This document shows positions 29,701-44,700 of a stretch of 64,000 bases of DNA, piece after piece (positions within the stretch are counted from its first letter, which is position 1; each line of letters starts with the position of its first letter). The notes below the pieces were generated by a model. The model was not told where the DNA came from and searched no databases. It worked only from the letters and a program-made list of their open reading frames with translations. The DNA is taken from positions 62,001 through 126,000 of IMG/VR virus record IMGVR_UViG_3300048597_000634. One strand, written 5' to 3'. Both the position numbers and the translations under genes were made by a program.

Positions 29701-32700
29701 GGGAACAGCTAGTTGACTTAGCCCGCGCCAAACCTGTTCTAACCTTTGACTCTAGTGTCCAAGGTGAACACACCAATAAAATTCTCCACTACGGTTATGA
29801 TCGGCTAACGGACTTGGCCCGTACCTTCGACGACCTGGCTCAATACTTACCCGCCTATCCTCTACTATGGATTAAGCCCATACGAGACGCATTTAACCGC
29901 TATGAGTTAGCCCAAGGCAAAACTAAAGATGACATTCTTGGTACTAGACGCTCTTTTAGAGATCTAATCGGCCCGGGCTTTACTGGACTACTATCTTTAC
30001 AAGGGGAAGTAAGTAGAACCATAGGCAGCATAGCCCAAGTAGGTGTAGGCAAATATGTGACTAACACCTTGGAGGTGTTTAAACTACAAGGTCAGGCTTC
30101 TGTTCTAGAAGCTAAGATAGCTAACTCATTTAAAGAGTCATATAAGTTTATTGCTCAAGTTCACGGTGCCGCCAACAACGTTAACTTCGATGACGTACTT
30201 CAGGCATTTATAGATAGGCTACAAGATCCTAAAAAAAGCGGGATTAATCAACAAGACTTTGAGGAGTTAGCGAAGTTACATTCAGAAATAAGCCTGAAGA
30301 TTAATAAGACCCCAGGCTTGAAATACTCTACTGGGCATAACGAATTAGGGGCGCCTGGCGAGGACTCTTATGCCGGACTAAGGAAGTTCTTATTCAGTGC
30401 TGGTGCGGTGCTAATCGCTGACCGCATTATCGACCACTTCTTTATTAAGCCCCAAGGAGTGGACTTAGGCGATAGTCTAATGAGCCATATCTTCGGGACT
30501 GTCAGCCCTGAAGTAGAAGGCAGAGAAGAAGACGCTAAGGTATTAGCTGGCTATAGTCAAAACTATAGTCATACGGCGCCGGCTATATTCAAATATCCGG
30601 CAGCTACTGCAGGGTACGCCATAGGTGGTCTAGTTTTCCCTTCTGTATACCACCAAGCCAGTCATCTAAAGTATTGGACTTCTGCTACTAAGGGTAAGCA
30701 GTTCACCTCCGACCAAGTAGAGTTGGTCACCCAAGTAGCGTCTGGCATCACCCAGGGGTTACAAGGTATAACACCTAACGCTACTAAAGAGCAATTAGCC
30801 GAGGCGTTTGCTAAGGGTAGTGCTAATGCCTTTGCAGGGTCTAATAAGTTACGCTTTGGTTATGCCGGCGCTTTTGTGGGTGCATCCTTAGCACTATTAG
30901 CTACCCAAGCAATTACATCTGTAGTGGCTTCCACTTTAGAGCCACTGGTAGCCCTAGGGGATACAGCATTCCGTGGTCGTTGGCATGACCCCCGTAAAGG
31001 TTTAGAACTAGACCCGATTAAAGGTAGTGCGGCAGCCATATTTGCTAAAGCGCATAGACAAGGGGCTGCTAGGGCAGCAGCGTTATCTCAGAGGGCTGAG
31101 GCTCGTGGTGGTAAGGCTGGAGATTATATGGATTATACGTCTAGGGGAAGTATGGTAGTCGCCTGGCTATTATCCTCCTCTATGACGGTAAGCGCCCAGC
31201 AACCAGGTAGATTATTCTATCCATTTGCTACCCAAATAGCCGCGCCGTTCTACCAGTTCGCCATGGTAGGTAAGTTAGACCCCAGCTCTAACCAGATTAC
31301 TATGCAGTCTGGTTTGCAGCTGTTCCCACTATCTGGGGTGGGCTTTATGGTGCCGTCTATGTTCAACCCAGCTACTAAATACACCCCATCTATCGCCGAA
31401 CAATTCCTCATCAACCAATTAACAGACCTTACTCCCGGTATGAACCAACGGGCGTTAATCGGTGATGACTCCGACGTAGAGCAACGAAAAGAAGCCTATT
31501 CACTGTTAAAGGCATCGTCTGGGATATTATCGCTGGCGCTAGGGTCAGGGCTTAACCCTACGTTTGACTATAGACCGGTGATGTTTATTGGTGGGCTTAC
31601 TGCTTTACAGTCTGCAGAGCAGGTATTAGGTAAGTCTGTGGGCAGATTAAAGCCCGACTCTGCTTTATATAAAGAGCTGAAGAATTACGAGACTGTTTAC
31701 TCTATCGCGAGTATGGGGCTAAACGTAACAGATAAGTTAACACGAGGGGCGTTTTCTTTAAGCCTCACAGGAGTTAATTACCTAACTCACTCTATTACTG
31801 CCTTCTTAGGGCGCGGGGAATTGTCCTTATTTAAGGCAGGCCCCGCGGCTAGGAAACTAATGCCGTTTTATCTGAGTGCTATGTTAGTGGCGGGTATGTT
31901 ACGTCCTGGACAGACTACCACTGAACACCAAAGTGATCACATAGGCTCTTTGATTGAAAACCTTACGGAAGGTAATACTTTTGGTGCAGTGCGGTTAGAG
32001 CAAGACCATTTGACTAACTATGTGCTGGCTACGGCTATCGGGTCGGCGGGTTTTGGTGGCGCCCTTACTGCTTCAGGAGCATTTGAGAACGTAGCTGACT
32101 GGGCTAATGAGGCTGGTACGGGCTATATAGGTCTTAAGAAGCAAGAGATGTACAAGACTTACTTGGAGCATCTAGGAAAGATAGGTGTCTCTGTAGATGA
32201 TGCTGCTGATTTTAGAAAACAGTTGATGGTCAGCATTAAGCGTGGCGAGAACGTAACCACCCTATTATCCCAGGTTAACCGCCAGCAATTACCGCTATTA
32301 CAGTCCGGTGCCGCCCGCCTTGGTATGGCTTCTAGGGTCTTAGCCCCTATACTCTTAGGGTCGTTTGTGGCGGCTCAGTTCTTATCTCTGACGGACTTCT
32401 ATGACCACTCCAACCCAGTCAGTTACTTATTAAGGGGTCTTACTGATACTGGTCGTGGCGCTCAGATGACCTATGAACAGAAGGCGATGCTTTCTAACTT
32501 AGGCATTAAGGGTGCCAGATACCAACCCAAGAACGTAGGCGAGGCAGTCTCGAACGTAGGGGATTATCTCTTAAGGTCAGTATTCTTCATGGGTAACCCG
32601 TCTAAGTCCATGGGGACTTACCAGGATGCGCCGTCGCCGTTCTTGGGATTAGGCGGTCCTTTTGGGGTATCTGGTCAGCAGGATATGATGAAGTCCTATA

Positions 32701-35700
32701 TGCAGTCTCAGTCGGTGGCTGCTGACGTTAGTGGATCATTTTACTTAATGCCTGCTATGGCATCTGAGTTTAATAACGCTAAGTCCTTAGGTCCCCTATT
32801 AGCCGCCGCCCAGCGTAACCCTAACCTGACTGACTCTAGGGCAGTAGCCCTATACCGAGCCACGTTGATGCGTAAGTCCAGGGCTACGTATAAGAACAAT
32901 ATTAGTGCAGGTGAGTCTGCGGCTATTTCTAGCCCTACATTACAGATTGCCATTGGGCGCCGCTCAGATGAAGTAAGACGTCTTGCTTGGCAAACCGGCG
33001 AGGGTCATATGTTAGACCTGTTGACCACTATGGCTGCCGCAGGTCGGATTAAAACAGAGGCCACTACCAACTTTATTAGTAATGCCGGCGCTACTATATA
33101 TGACTTTGTGGGTAATAACTTCAGAATCCAACCTACTAACATCGCTGGTAATCCTGTTAGGTTTAGTATCCAGACTAATGCTGAGTTCGCCCGGGCTATG
33201 TGGACTATGGCTAAGGGCAGCAATACTCAGACTGACATCAACACGATGTTATATGACTCTGAGCGGGTACAAGACGCTGGGCCCAATCCTGTTACAGGGT
33301 ACTTCGGCAATATCATGAGTTACGCCTTTGGTACCTTTTATGACCGTACCTTAGATGAGTATGGCCCGAGCTTCCACAATATATTGCCCGCCGCCGCCCT
33401 AGCATTTAGTGCAGTGGGCTTAAGCGCCATGTTGACCGGTACGGCGATAACTTCGGTTGTACAGGGTATTGGGGCGCTAGGTGCCTTACAGGTGTATGGA
33501 ACGCTGGCCGACTCTGCTCGTAACTTAGACCAAGCGAGACAGAACGTCACTCATGTTATACAAAGCACTTCCTATGGCATCGGGCGCGATAACAAATTAA
33601 TGAAGCAAGTTGGCTCAGTGATGTCTGAGATGGATATGACCGGGGGCGTAACCGAGGAAGCCATTACTGCCTTAAATAGTGTTTTTGGTAAACGCAACCA
33701 AGTTGGTAGTTTAGGTAAGTTCAGTAACTCCCTAGCGGGTAAGGCCAGCCAACTAGCCTCTATGTCTGCTAGTAATACTAACGATATAACGGAGGTACTG
33801 CGGCAGATTAAAGCGGACTTCAACGATAGCGTTGAGGGTCTTCAGAAAGGCTTCAACATGTCAAACGACGCTTTCAAAGAGATGTTAGAGGGCATATTTG
33901 ATGCGACTGATAGCACTTTAGTAGCCGGCATCAATAATATTCTTCGCAACATGCCTCTGGAAGAAACCCGCCGACAAGAGATAGAAATCCTATTGTTGCA
34001 GCATATGCAGAATAATATGGACCCCTTGCGTAATACGTCGGGGTTTAAGCTGACTGATGCCGCCCCTAGCGATAAGTCTCGTATTGTTTATAACTCTCTA
34101 TCTGACAAAAAAACCATGAGCGCTAGCTCTGCGTTTATCAATACAGTATTAGACCAAGAAGGGTACTCTGGACTATTTAAACGGTCTACGGGAGGGCTAT
34201 TCCGGGCATCTTTTGCCATGTTTGATATGAAAGCTGCTTATGAGTTTGCCAGCTTTGCGGCGGCTTCCTCTGACCCTATGGATGAATTAGAACGCCGTCG
34301 GTCCTCTTATGCTGCCGCTGCCAGTCTATTCCAAACATTCGGGATGATTATCCCAGGTCAGGTAGTATTAGGCACCTTAGCTAAGAACCCGACCTTAGCT
34401 GTAGCAGCTATGGTCGCTGCGGTAGGTATTGGTAGTGTTGCCTATGCCAACAAGGGTTTTCGTAAAAAGGTCAGTAACTTCTTCAAGCCGAAGTTTAAGT
34501 GGGCAGACCGTAACATAATTAAGCCTACTATTAGGTCTATTGCCAGTGCTTTAGACGCAGTGGGAAGTATTGGCGCTGTCCAAACTATGCTATCTCCAGT
34601 ACGGGTTATTACCTCAGGCTTAGATCCTATGTTTACGAATATGCGGCGTAGGGCGGCGCGCATACCTGGGGTTAACTTCATAGCTGACATGTTCATCCCT
34701 GAGACCAAAGAATCGTTCTACGACCGGTGGTCTGAGCAGACACCCACTATGACCGCCTATGGTCCCCGCATGGAGTTATACACCCGTGCAGAGATAGAAC
34801 AAGACCGTAAGAATAGGATTGAATCTCGGCGACGCCGGGGCGGTCAATTAAACGCTGGCATTAGTGTTGAGTTAATGTCTGGATTCCTACAAGGTAGACC
34901 TGATTCTACTGAATTAGGTCGTATGAGGTTAGAGCGTTTAACCAAGGGCGCTGGGCGGGTAGCCAGTGAGCACATAGGGTATAGCTATGTAAGCCCCCTA
35001 ATTCATTTAGCGGTTAAGCGGCGTCAACAAGAGATAGACTCCTATGGCAATGCTCTACTTGGCCCGTTGGTTCCTGAGACTAGGGGGTCGGCGGCGCCCA
35101 TATTGTCTTTGTCAACTAGTGTTATGCGTTATAGCTTGCACAGCACTGGCAGTTTAATTCAAGCGCCTATGGATGTGGCAGGTAAGGGGGCGGCCATAAC
35201 CATAAAGTCTTTTGCTTGGCTGAATGACGCCTTTACTAAGGTGAAAGACAGTAAGTTAGTATTTGGTCTTATTGGGGGTGCTAAGGCAGCTCCTAATAAC
35301 CAAATGTTTACCTGGGCTGCCGCCGGCGTGATCGGCTCATCTATCTTGGCAGACCGTTTAGGTTGGACTCAAAAAGAAGATAAGAAATGGCAAACTGCCG
35401 GGCTGGTAATTGGGGCAGGCGCTACAGCGGCGGTGGCCAGACCCTATGCCGGCGCCGCCTTTAATATGCTAGCTGACCAAGATAACTTTGCCGGTAAGAA
35501 TATTCGTAAGCTACGTCGTATAAACATGAATGCCATTACTGACCTGGCGGTTAAGGTCGGTATGGGCGGTCTTAAATGGACTAAGGGGTTATTTAGTCAC
35601 GCATCACAGTGGGCAAGGACTCAATCATGGTCTCGCATAGCGGCTAATACCGGGTATAGTGGCGCTGCTATTGTCGGGGCAACAATGTTATTAAGCCCGG

Positions 35701-38700
35701 CGGTGGATGACTTTCTGGGTTGGGGTGAAGACCCTAAGAAAGAGAATGACCGTAAATTATTAGACCGTCGTAGGATGACGGCTATTGGAGTTACTGCAGG
35801 GGTGTCACTATTAGCTAGATTAGGAGCCACTTGGAAGCCTAACCTTGCAGGCTCAGCAGTTAACAAAGTAGGGGGCTCTGTCACACGATTAGCCACTTTT
35901 GGGGTTAGTACCTTAGCAGTGTTTAAGCTTAGTAAGGTAGTGATGGCTAATCAAATCACTGGGTTTGGATTTAACACTGCTTTTAACGTCGGCTATGGTT
36001 TGCTTAACTTAGAAGACGACGCACAAGGTCGGGCTAAAGCACAGGCCTATGAAGCTACCACGAGCACCATTGCTTTTGGTTTGACTGTGGGTTATGCATA
36101 TAACGTCTATGGTAAGGAATTAATAAATAAAGCTAGGGGTATAGCCCCGACGCATGTAGGCTGGGCTGCTTTCCGCCATAACGTTAAGTCTGGGCTTAAG
36201 AATATATTCACACCAGTTACCTTTGGAGCACCTTATTGGGGTCAGATAAGGGGTCTATTAGGGGGTGGTTGGAATGCGGTCTATAACTCGAATAATTTGG
36301 CTGGGCGGGCGCTAAGACCTACAGGTAGGTATTTAGGAATGGCTAAGGACATGCTGCCTAAACTACCCCCCGGTTGGAATGAGCCTGTTAATAAGTTCTT
36401 TGGTCGTAAGATTAATTGGTTAATCAACGCCCAGAATGCGGCTAACCCAACTAAGGCACAATACGCAGCCTTCGATGCTGAGCAGATAGGATTACGGGAA
36501 CCTGCCCGAAAATTAGCCATTAAGAAGTGGGGTACTGTAGCTAGCCATGCGGCGAAATTAACCCCATTGATTATGGATACGGCTACCATAGCCGCCGCCC
36601 ACCACCGATACACTAAAGTAGACCCTAAAGATCACCTTGGTAACTACAAGGAAGCCTACCGCGCATATTACCAGTCGTCGGCTATGACTGCGGTCAGTAG
36701 CGTGCTTAGTGCCATTAGTGGTGGTGATAAGAAAGTAGGTCTGGTTAGCACTTTGTTAACTACCACTCAAGTTAGTGATATTGCCGGACGTATGGCAGAA
36801 GAGTGGGCTACTAAAGACTTGTATTCAGGGCGGTTATTAACTGAACAACGTGCCGGTCAAGATAGTTACTTTAGTCCTGAGTCAGCTGCTGGCGTAGGAG
36901 CTTTAACGCTTAGTGCTGCAGCCACTGCGTCTTACTACAAAGTAGGGGTCTTTAAGTCAGCTCGTTGGGATAAGACCGCCAACTTTATGGCAACTCATGC
37001 TGGTCAAGTAGCCCAAACAGCCATTACTGCCTATAACTGGCAAGATACCTGGCGTGCTGGTCGGCAAAGATATAGTGGTACTAATCCTAACTACATTGCC
37101 GCACAGCGCAGTAGTGATTTGGGCAAAGGGGCATTATACGCGGCGGCTATGTTGTCCTTGGCGTCTAAGAATCCAAGTTCTGGAGGTAAGAATCTGGCGT
37201 TAAGGACTGCTGGGGTGGTAACCTTTACTGCTGCTGCTATGGCAATGGATAACACTGAGTCTTATTTTGCTAAGCAACATACCTTAGCTGTCCGAGAAGC
37301 AGGCATTAGGGATGTATATGTTAAGAACTTAATCCAACGGGAAGCCGCCGAATCTACCCTTGGTTATGGTGCTGCTGGGGCGGCTATAGCTGGTCTAACC
37401 GTAGCCTCGTTATTGGCTTTTAAAGGCAAAGGTACTCCTTTCTGGAGTAAGGCGTCTTATGCACTACTAAGTGCCGCTACTGGTGGTTCAGCGGCTAGTT
37501 TCTTCGGACATCAGTGGCAATTAAATAAGGGTATCCAGAAGTATAAGGATGGTATTACTCCTGAGCAATATTTAGAACGGCAGCGGTGGATAGACAATGG
37601 TGCGTATACCCCAGATAGTTGGCGCAACACTGACCAGAACCGAATGCAATGGTTGTTATGGAATACTGATTCGGTTAATGCCCGTAATCAGGTTCGCCGT
37701 GGGCGAACGGGTGCGGCTATAGGATTAGGTAACTTGAGTAGTAGCTATGTGACTCCTGATATGATAGCCGCCGCCCAAGATCGGGAGTTAAGAGCACGTT
37801 ATGGCCAGCCTATTACCTTTACCAGTACCGTTCAGTTTGTCGGTGGGGCTACTATACTTGCTGCTAATACTTTCCGATATGAGAAGGGTTTAGGCGCGGT
37901 AGGGGTTACATTTAGGCAACATATTAAGCCTACAGCCACTTTGTTTGATACGGTAGCGGGCTCTGCTAAAGATATGAGTCTTTGGCAGAAAGGTAAGTCT
38001 ATTGGTGGGTCTACACTAAACGCAGGATTCCAAGCATTACCCCTAATGTCGTATTACTTTGCTGCTCAAGGTGCTAAGGAGCAAATCACTAAGCATTCTG
38101 GACGTTATAGTTCTGGACGTATGACTACCGCCCAATACTTACAGGCTACTGCTTTGAGTAGAAGGGCGTATATGGCTCGTAGTGAGGCGCTATATGACGC
38201 CTATTTGCCGGGTTCGTCTAGTATAATGCGGTCGATTATAAGCGGCGTGGCTTTTGGTGCAGCCAAGGGTGCCTTATCAGGCGTCTTAGACTCCAAAGCC
38301 ATTGATGATGAGCGTCGGTGGATTGAGCGTAATAAAGAGGGGCTAAACCTTAGTAGTCTGAACCTAGCTAAAGCCAACCGTGCGTCCAGAAAATATCTAA
38401 CTGGTGGTAGTGGTACTGATAAGGTAGTCGGATTGGCTACCGGTGTAACCACTTTAAGTATCAACCTGTCAGCTGGTTTCATCACTGGTGGTCCTGTTGG
38501 TATATTCACTGGACTAATCACTAGTATTGTGCCAGGGTTACAGAACCAAGCCATCGCTAAGGCGAATATATCTAGACATAGGGCGCGCAATGTATTGCTA
38601 GAGAAAGGTAATGAAGTAGGGCATGAAGGGATATTAGACGACCTGAGTGGTATTGGAGCTGATGGTTATGGAATGATGGCGCTTAACATGGGGATTAGCT

Positions 38701-41700
38701 CGGGGGCGAGTTATTTAGTTAAGCGTATTCGTGAATACCATAAAACAAAGAAAGCCAAAGAAGCTTTAGAGAGTAAGCGACCTGGTGCTTCTCCTGATGT
38801 AATTAATAATACGTCAGATGATGGTGATGTTGGGCGCGGTGGCGGGACGGATGACGCTGGTGGCGACGGAGTCCTTAGCCCCAGACCCGGCGGGGGTGGG
38901 GACGGTGGTAGTGTAGGTCCTGCACCTACTTTGAAAGATGCTGATGATAGAGCGTCTACTAGAGCAGTTTTAGACACCAGTAATACTTCTATGTCTACTG
39001 AAGAAGTGAAGGCGGTCATGTCTAGAGGTAATGTTTCTGTAGAGCAGTATGAAGGTAAGTCTAAGTCTCTACAAGAGTACCATTCCGAGAAGATAGAAAT
39101 TTACGATAAGAAGATAAATGCGTTAAATACTGAGAGATCAGCGTTGTCAGCAGAAATAGACGGCTTAATTACAGAAAGGCTAAGGTTAGATGACGCGTAT
39201 CAAAACTCGTCGGTTACCGGCGGTAAAGAGGTGTATGAAGCTATAGAAGCGTCACATAATGCCTCATTGAAGCAGTTAGACGATAAGTTAAAGCAAGTCG
39301 ACCAGAGAATAGTAGAGATTGACCGTACAATAAACGCCCATAGTAAAGGGAGGGTCGCGTCTCAAACTATCATTAGTGAGTTGGGTACTGCGTATACTAT
39401 CAGGCACCAGCAGTTTAATATGCCAGCGCCCGCACCCGACCTGGTAATAACTCCACAACCTTCTCCGACAGTTGTCGGCCCCCAGCCTACCCTAGAGCCG
39501 CCTGTAAGCCGTGGCGGAACTACAGTAGCTCAACCTGTTATGCGTGGGCGGAATGCTATTGTCACTGATCTTGGTGACGGTACTGTGAGAAAGACATTAG
39601 TGCCTGACGGACCTAACCCACAGATAGCTAACAATATTCAAGTTGAGGCTGCGATACAACGTAAAATGGCCATCTTTGGCGTATCTCCAGACGTAAGGTC
39701 AGTTAACGTAGATTCTTTTGTCATGCGTAAAGTTACAGGGCACGCAGTAAGTCCTCTAACTGGAGAGGCTCTAACAGCTTCTAGACTAATAGCGGCTAGA
39801 AAGTTAGCTTTATTACATAGTCTGGGTGTTGTACACGGTGATGTACACTCTGGCAACATACTTACATCACCAGACGGCACTAAAGCTACGGTTTTAGATT
39901 ACGGTTACTCTAGATTAGCCAGTGTAGAAGAAGCTTACTCTATGCTGAGCGACAATGTAACCGTAGATAGACTCAAGAATAATGAATTTACGTCTAGGCC
40001 TATGGCTGACGGGTCACTGGGACCTCGTACAGTTGGGTCTGACCTGTCTGGGCTAATCAATATGTCTGGGTCTGACTCTGAGGAAGTATTGAAAGTATAT
40101 AAAAGTGAAATGGACCGTCACCGGCGTATGCCTGATAGTGACAATGTCTTTAAACTAAATGAGTTGGGACTACCTCCTGAAATAGAAGCCCAGGTCAAAT
40201 GGACAAACTCATCCGAGATAACCCTGAATAATGGTAACTTGGCATCTAGGGGTGCTGACATTGTTGAACCTATCATTGCACAACCCCAACAATCTACTCA
40301 GGCTAGTAGACCTATTACTAGTGCCCAAGAGATAATTAATAGATCGGGCGGTGGGTCTTCTGTGCCTACTACACCTCAACCCTCAATAGAATCTCATGTA
40401 AAGCTTGGTAGCGGGTCTACATCCTCGGCACCCAACCCAGTTATCTCCCAACCAGAACTCTTGGATACTGATAATAAAGTGGTCGGCGCCCCTGTAGAGC
40501 CTGACCAGATTGTAGCTAAGGGCGGTGCTAATATGGTGAGTCCAATGCCATCACAAAATCTTGGTACCACTACTAACCCCTTACCTAACGTATCCAACTA
40601 CGATAACAATGTAGTATCTAATCCTTTAGACCAGACACCTAGTGGTTTAAACAAGCAGCAGCCTGGCGGTTACATAAACCTAGGCTCAGACTCTATCAGA
40701 CCTAATGACCCAGTCACTATCATAAGTCGGTCTGGGCGCGGTCTCGTAGGTAATGCCATAGACTCCGTTAAAGAAGCAGATTGGCAAACCCGCGGCACCT
40801 ACGCTAGCAACACTGTTAGCGCTGGTATGGCTACCTTTAACCTCTACCGAGGTGTCACTACCTTAGCTAAGAAAAACACCACAGGCTTTGAAAAGTCCTA
40901 CGGGTTTGAATACTTAAGTCAATCTGGCGCTGGCTACGCTACTACTTACCTCACCATTAAAGGCGGGCTTAAAGCGACTAAGGCGCTGCCTTACCTAAAC
41001 TATGCTAGTGATGCTATCTCATTAGCTTATGGGAGTCATCGTCTTAATACAGCTACTACTGAAGCTGAATATATTAAAGCTAAGGGGGATGTAGGCGGCG
41101 CCATTGGTGGGTTGGCCGGTAATGTTGCTGGGCAGGGTATTGGTTGGCTGGTTGGCGGTGCTATTGGTGCAGGTATTGGTGCTGTCATCGGCTTCTTTGG
41201 TGGTTTTGGTATAGGTGCCGGTGTGGGTGCCGCCGCAGGATTTAAGATAGGCTCGTCTATAGGGTCTATAGTCGGTTCTATCGCTGGCTCTATGTACGGG
41301 GAGCAAGTAGGTAGAGACTGGGTCACTAAGAATAAGTATGGTGCCGGCGATGCCGTAGAAGTGTTCGACCTTACTGGTAAATATAAGAAGACTCAGGAGG
41401 ATAAGGAGCAGCGTAGAGCAGCGTCCATGGCTAGACACGATGGCGGACCTAAAGTGTCTTATGTCAAACCGAAGGCTACTACTGGTACTAAAGCTACTGC
41501 GGTTAAGAGAGTAACCAAACCCATGAGACCTGGGTCTAATACGTCAAAGAATGGGGGAACTCGGTCTGGTGTTGATGGGCCAACGAATAATATAGTGTCG
41601 TTTAACCCGCTTAGTAACGTACCTGGGTTGGACTTGTTCTTTCCTAAACCAGCGGCGGCTAGTGATGTTATACCCACAAGCGCAAAGGTTTATACGGAAC

Positions 41701-44700
41701 CTACCCTTCCTAAAGATATCAAGAATGTAGACGTTGATGTAACATCACGGTCTTTAGAATCTAAGACCCAGGAAGAAAAGGAAGAGATAGAAAATAAGCA
41801 GTGGTATGAAGGGCTCTTTGAAGGGCTGGCAGCAATGGGTCGGAATATGACCAATACCATCAACAAGGCAGCTGAGTATGTAGGTGATTTAATTGGCGAC
41901 GCCTGGAATTTTGTGACGGGTGGGGGCGCTGACGCTACCTTTGCCGATGGTAAGTTTAGCGGAAGTATGGCTCCGTTGTTTAACCTCATTCATAAATATG
42001 AGTCGCCTGGCGCCGGCTTTGATGCGTTAAATCCTTCTACAACGGGTACTGCTGTGTATGGTAAACCTCTAACTGAGACTACTATCGGAGAGATTATGGA
42101 TAGGTCTCCACGAGGTGGCGGACGCGCCAGTGGTATGTTTCAGTTTATGCCTTGGATTAATGGCAAAGAAGGGACGCTATATAGCGCCATGAAAGCTGCA
42201 GGTTATACCAGAGACACAGTCTTTACTGCCGAAGTACAGACTAATATGGCCATTAAATTTTTGCCTAAGCACAGACCTGAATTATGGGCGTATTTAACAG
42301 GTAAGTCTGACAATATCAACGCAGCTATGGATGACTTTGCTCGTGAGTGGGCTGCATTCCCTAACTCTAGAGATACAGGTGCTTATTCAGGACAACGTTC
42401 TGCTGGATTTGAAGAAACCAAGCAGGCATTAATAGAAACTCGTAAGTTAGTTATGGCTTCTGGCTCTGCGGAGGCAGGGTTTCAAACTGGAGCTGCTAGA
42501 GTAGGGGGCGTAGTTAAGACTAACGTGAAGACTATTCGTGATGGGGGTGGCACTCCTTATCACATTGATATGATGTTTGACCGAAGCACGTCATGGGAAC
42601 AAAGGGTTCAGGTTTTTGACCAACTAGCCGCTGGTTATGCTGCAATGGGTCGTCGCATTGAGTTTAGTAATAGTGCTGTTTCTGGTCTTGTATACCGAAC
42701 TAATCTTACCCAGAAGCAGAAAATCGACATGTTAAAGCGTGTAGAGTCTGCTCATAGTAATAGAAAAGGTGGTAGCGGTCGTGCCGCCATGGACTTTTTT
42801 GTCCCGCAAGAAGGTCATGCTAGATGGACAGGCGGACCAGCCACTAGCGGCTCAGGGGCTAACGTTGAGTATTTATTACCGGTCATTGAAGGTGGTTATT
42901 ATACTGTGGGTGCCAAAGGTCGTTCAGGTCAACATATTCAAGCTTTTGATGCTAGTGGTAAGAAGATATATGAGTTCTTTCACGGTGGTGGTGGTCAGCA
43001 AGGACGATTTAATTTTTCTGGTGCTGGTAGCGGCGGCTCTATGCCACAAGCAACACAACAAAATAGACCGCCCCATCCTCTCACTAGAGGTGAAAAGAAA
43101 GTTACTAGTGGCACTACCGGAAAAGGTCAATCAGGCAGTGTTACCCACTTTAAATATGAAGAATACACAGGCAAACGGGTAAGCGTTGGTAACAACCAAA
43201 CTATGGCAGAGCCCGCTGCCATCGCATTTAAGAAAATGCAAGAAGCCGCCGCTAAAGAAGGCGTAACGTTACAAGCTCGTAGTGGCTTCAGGTCAGTTAA
43301 AGAACAAGGAGAGGTCTTTAAACGAGGCCTAGATAGAAGAGAAGGCAATGTTTACGAAAATACTTTATATATTGCCCCTGCCGGATATTCAGAGCATGCC
43401 ACGGGTTACGCCATCGATATTACGGGTACTCTCAGTGAAGGTCTAACTGCTGCTGTAGCTGATACCGCCGCCGGCAAATGGTTGGCAGCTAACTCTGCCA
43501 AGTTCGGCTATCAAATGTCTTTCCCTAAAGGAAATGCCGACGGCGTCACTTATGAGCCTTGGCACTTTAGGTTTATGGGTGATTACTACGAAGGTAGTGA
43601 ACCTGATACGTCTACTGACGGAGTTTATGTACCCAGTGAGGGTGGTAGTATAACTCGACAACGACCCCAACGACGAAAAGTAACTTCCTGGGCTGAGCGG
43701 GAACGTCGTGCACAAGAACGCATTAAGTCTGGTCAGGTTAGGCGTGAAGTTAATATCGGAACACCAGCTAAAAATAATGGTGTACGTCAAGGCGGTGCCA
43801 AGGTACAGACTAAAGCTGAAGAGCTGCCCAAGAATATTCAGACTAATGATGTACCTGCCATGTCTAATGACCGTCGTGGTGTTAGTGGCTCTAGCGGGGG
43901 CTCGGGCGGAGGTGGTGGCGCCGGGGGCGGTAGTTCTGTAATAAGTGGACCCGTTTACACTCAGGGAGATTTAGGGTCTCCGGGAGCATTCCACTTTGAC
44001 ATCAAACGAGTCGAAGGCGGGTTTTATGAACGTGATTACCTAGACAATTATGTCCAAGTAAATGGTAAGCCTATAGGCACAGGTATTACAGTTAAGGGTG
44101 GAGAGTACGGAGCCCCTAGGTCTTACGGTGGTCATGGTGGCTGGGACTATGCCTTTGGGGATAAGAATGCCGGGCTTAGTCTTGTTAATGGTGCCCGCTT
44201 AATCAGCGTTACACCCACTAAGACCTATGGTGATAAGCTAATATTCCAGCTTCCTACTGGAGAACAGTTCGCTATTATCCATGGACGAGCTACTGCCTTG
44301 GGTAAAGATTCCGCTGGAGCGGAAGGAGCATATGCTCAAACTGATGGCTCGGTCAGTTTGGCTAGTGGCGGTGGGGGCCGTGGCGGTTACAGATATATGC
44401 AGCCGCCTCGTAGAAAAGTCACTTCCTGGGCTGAGCGAGAACGTCGGGCTCAGGAACGTATTAGATCTGGTCAAGTTGTAAGGCAGTCTTACGTTACTAA
44501 CCCAAGTAGAACCCGTAATAACCAAGTGAGACCCGGCGGCAACATTACCCAAAGCGGCGGCGGTTTTGGTTGGTTAAAGCTACCTTCCTTCTTTAGACCG
44601 CAATCTACTAACCAAGACAAAGTTTCAGCGATATATGAACCTGATGCTAAACGTAATGCTCGCCAGAAAGACTTACTCAAGACTATTCCTTCTAACCAGA

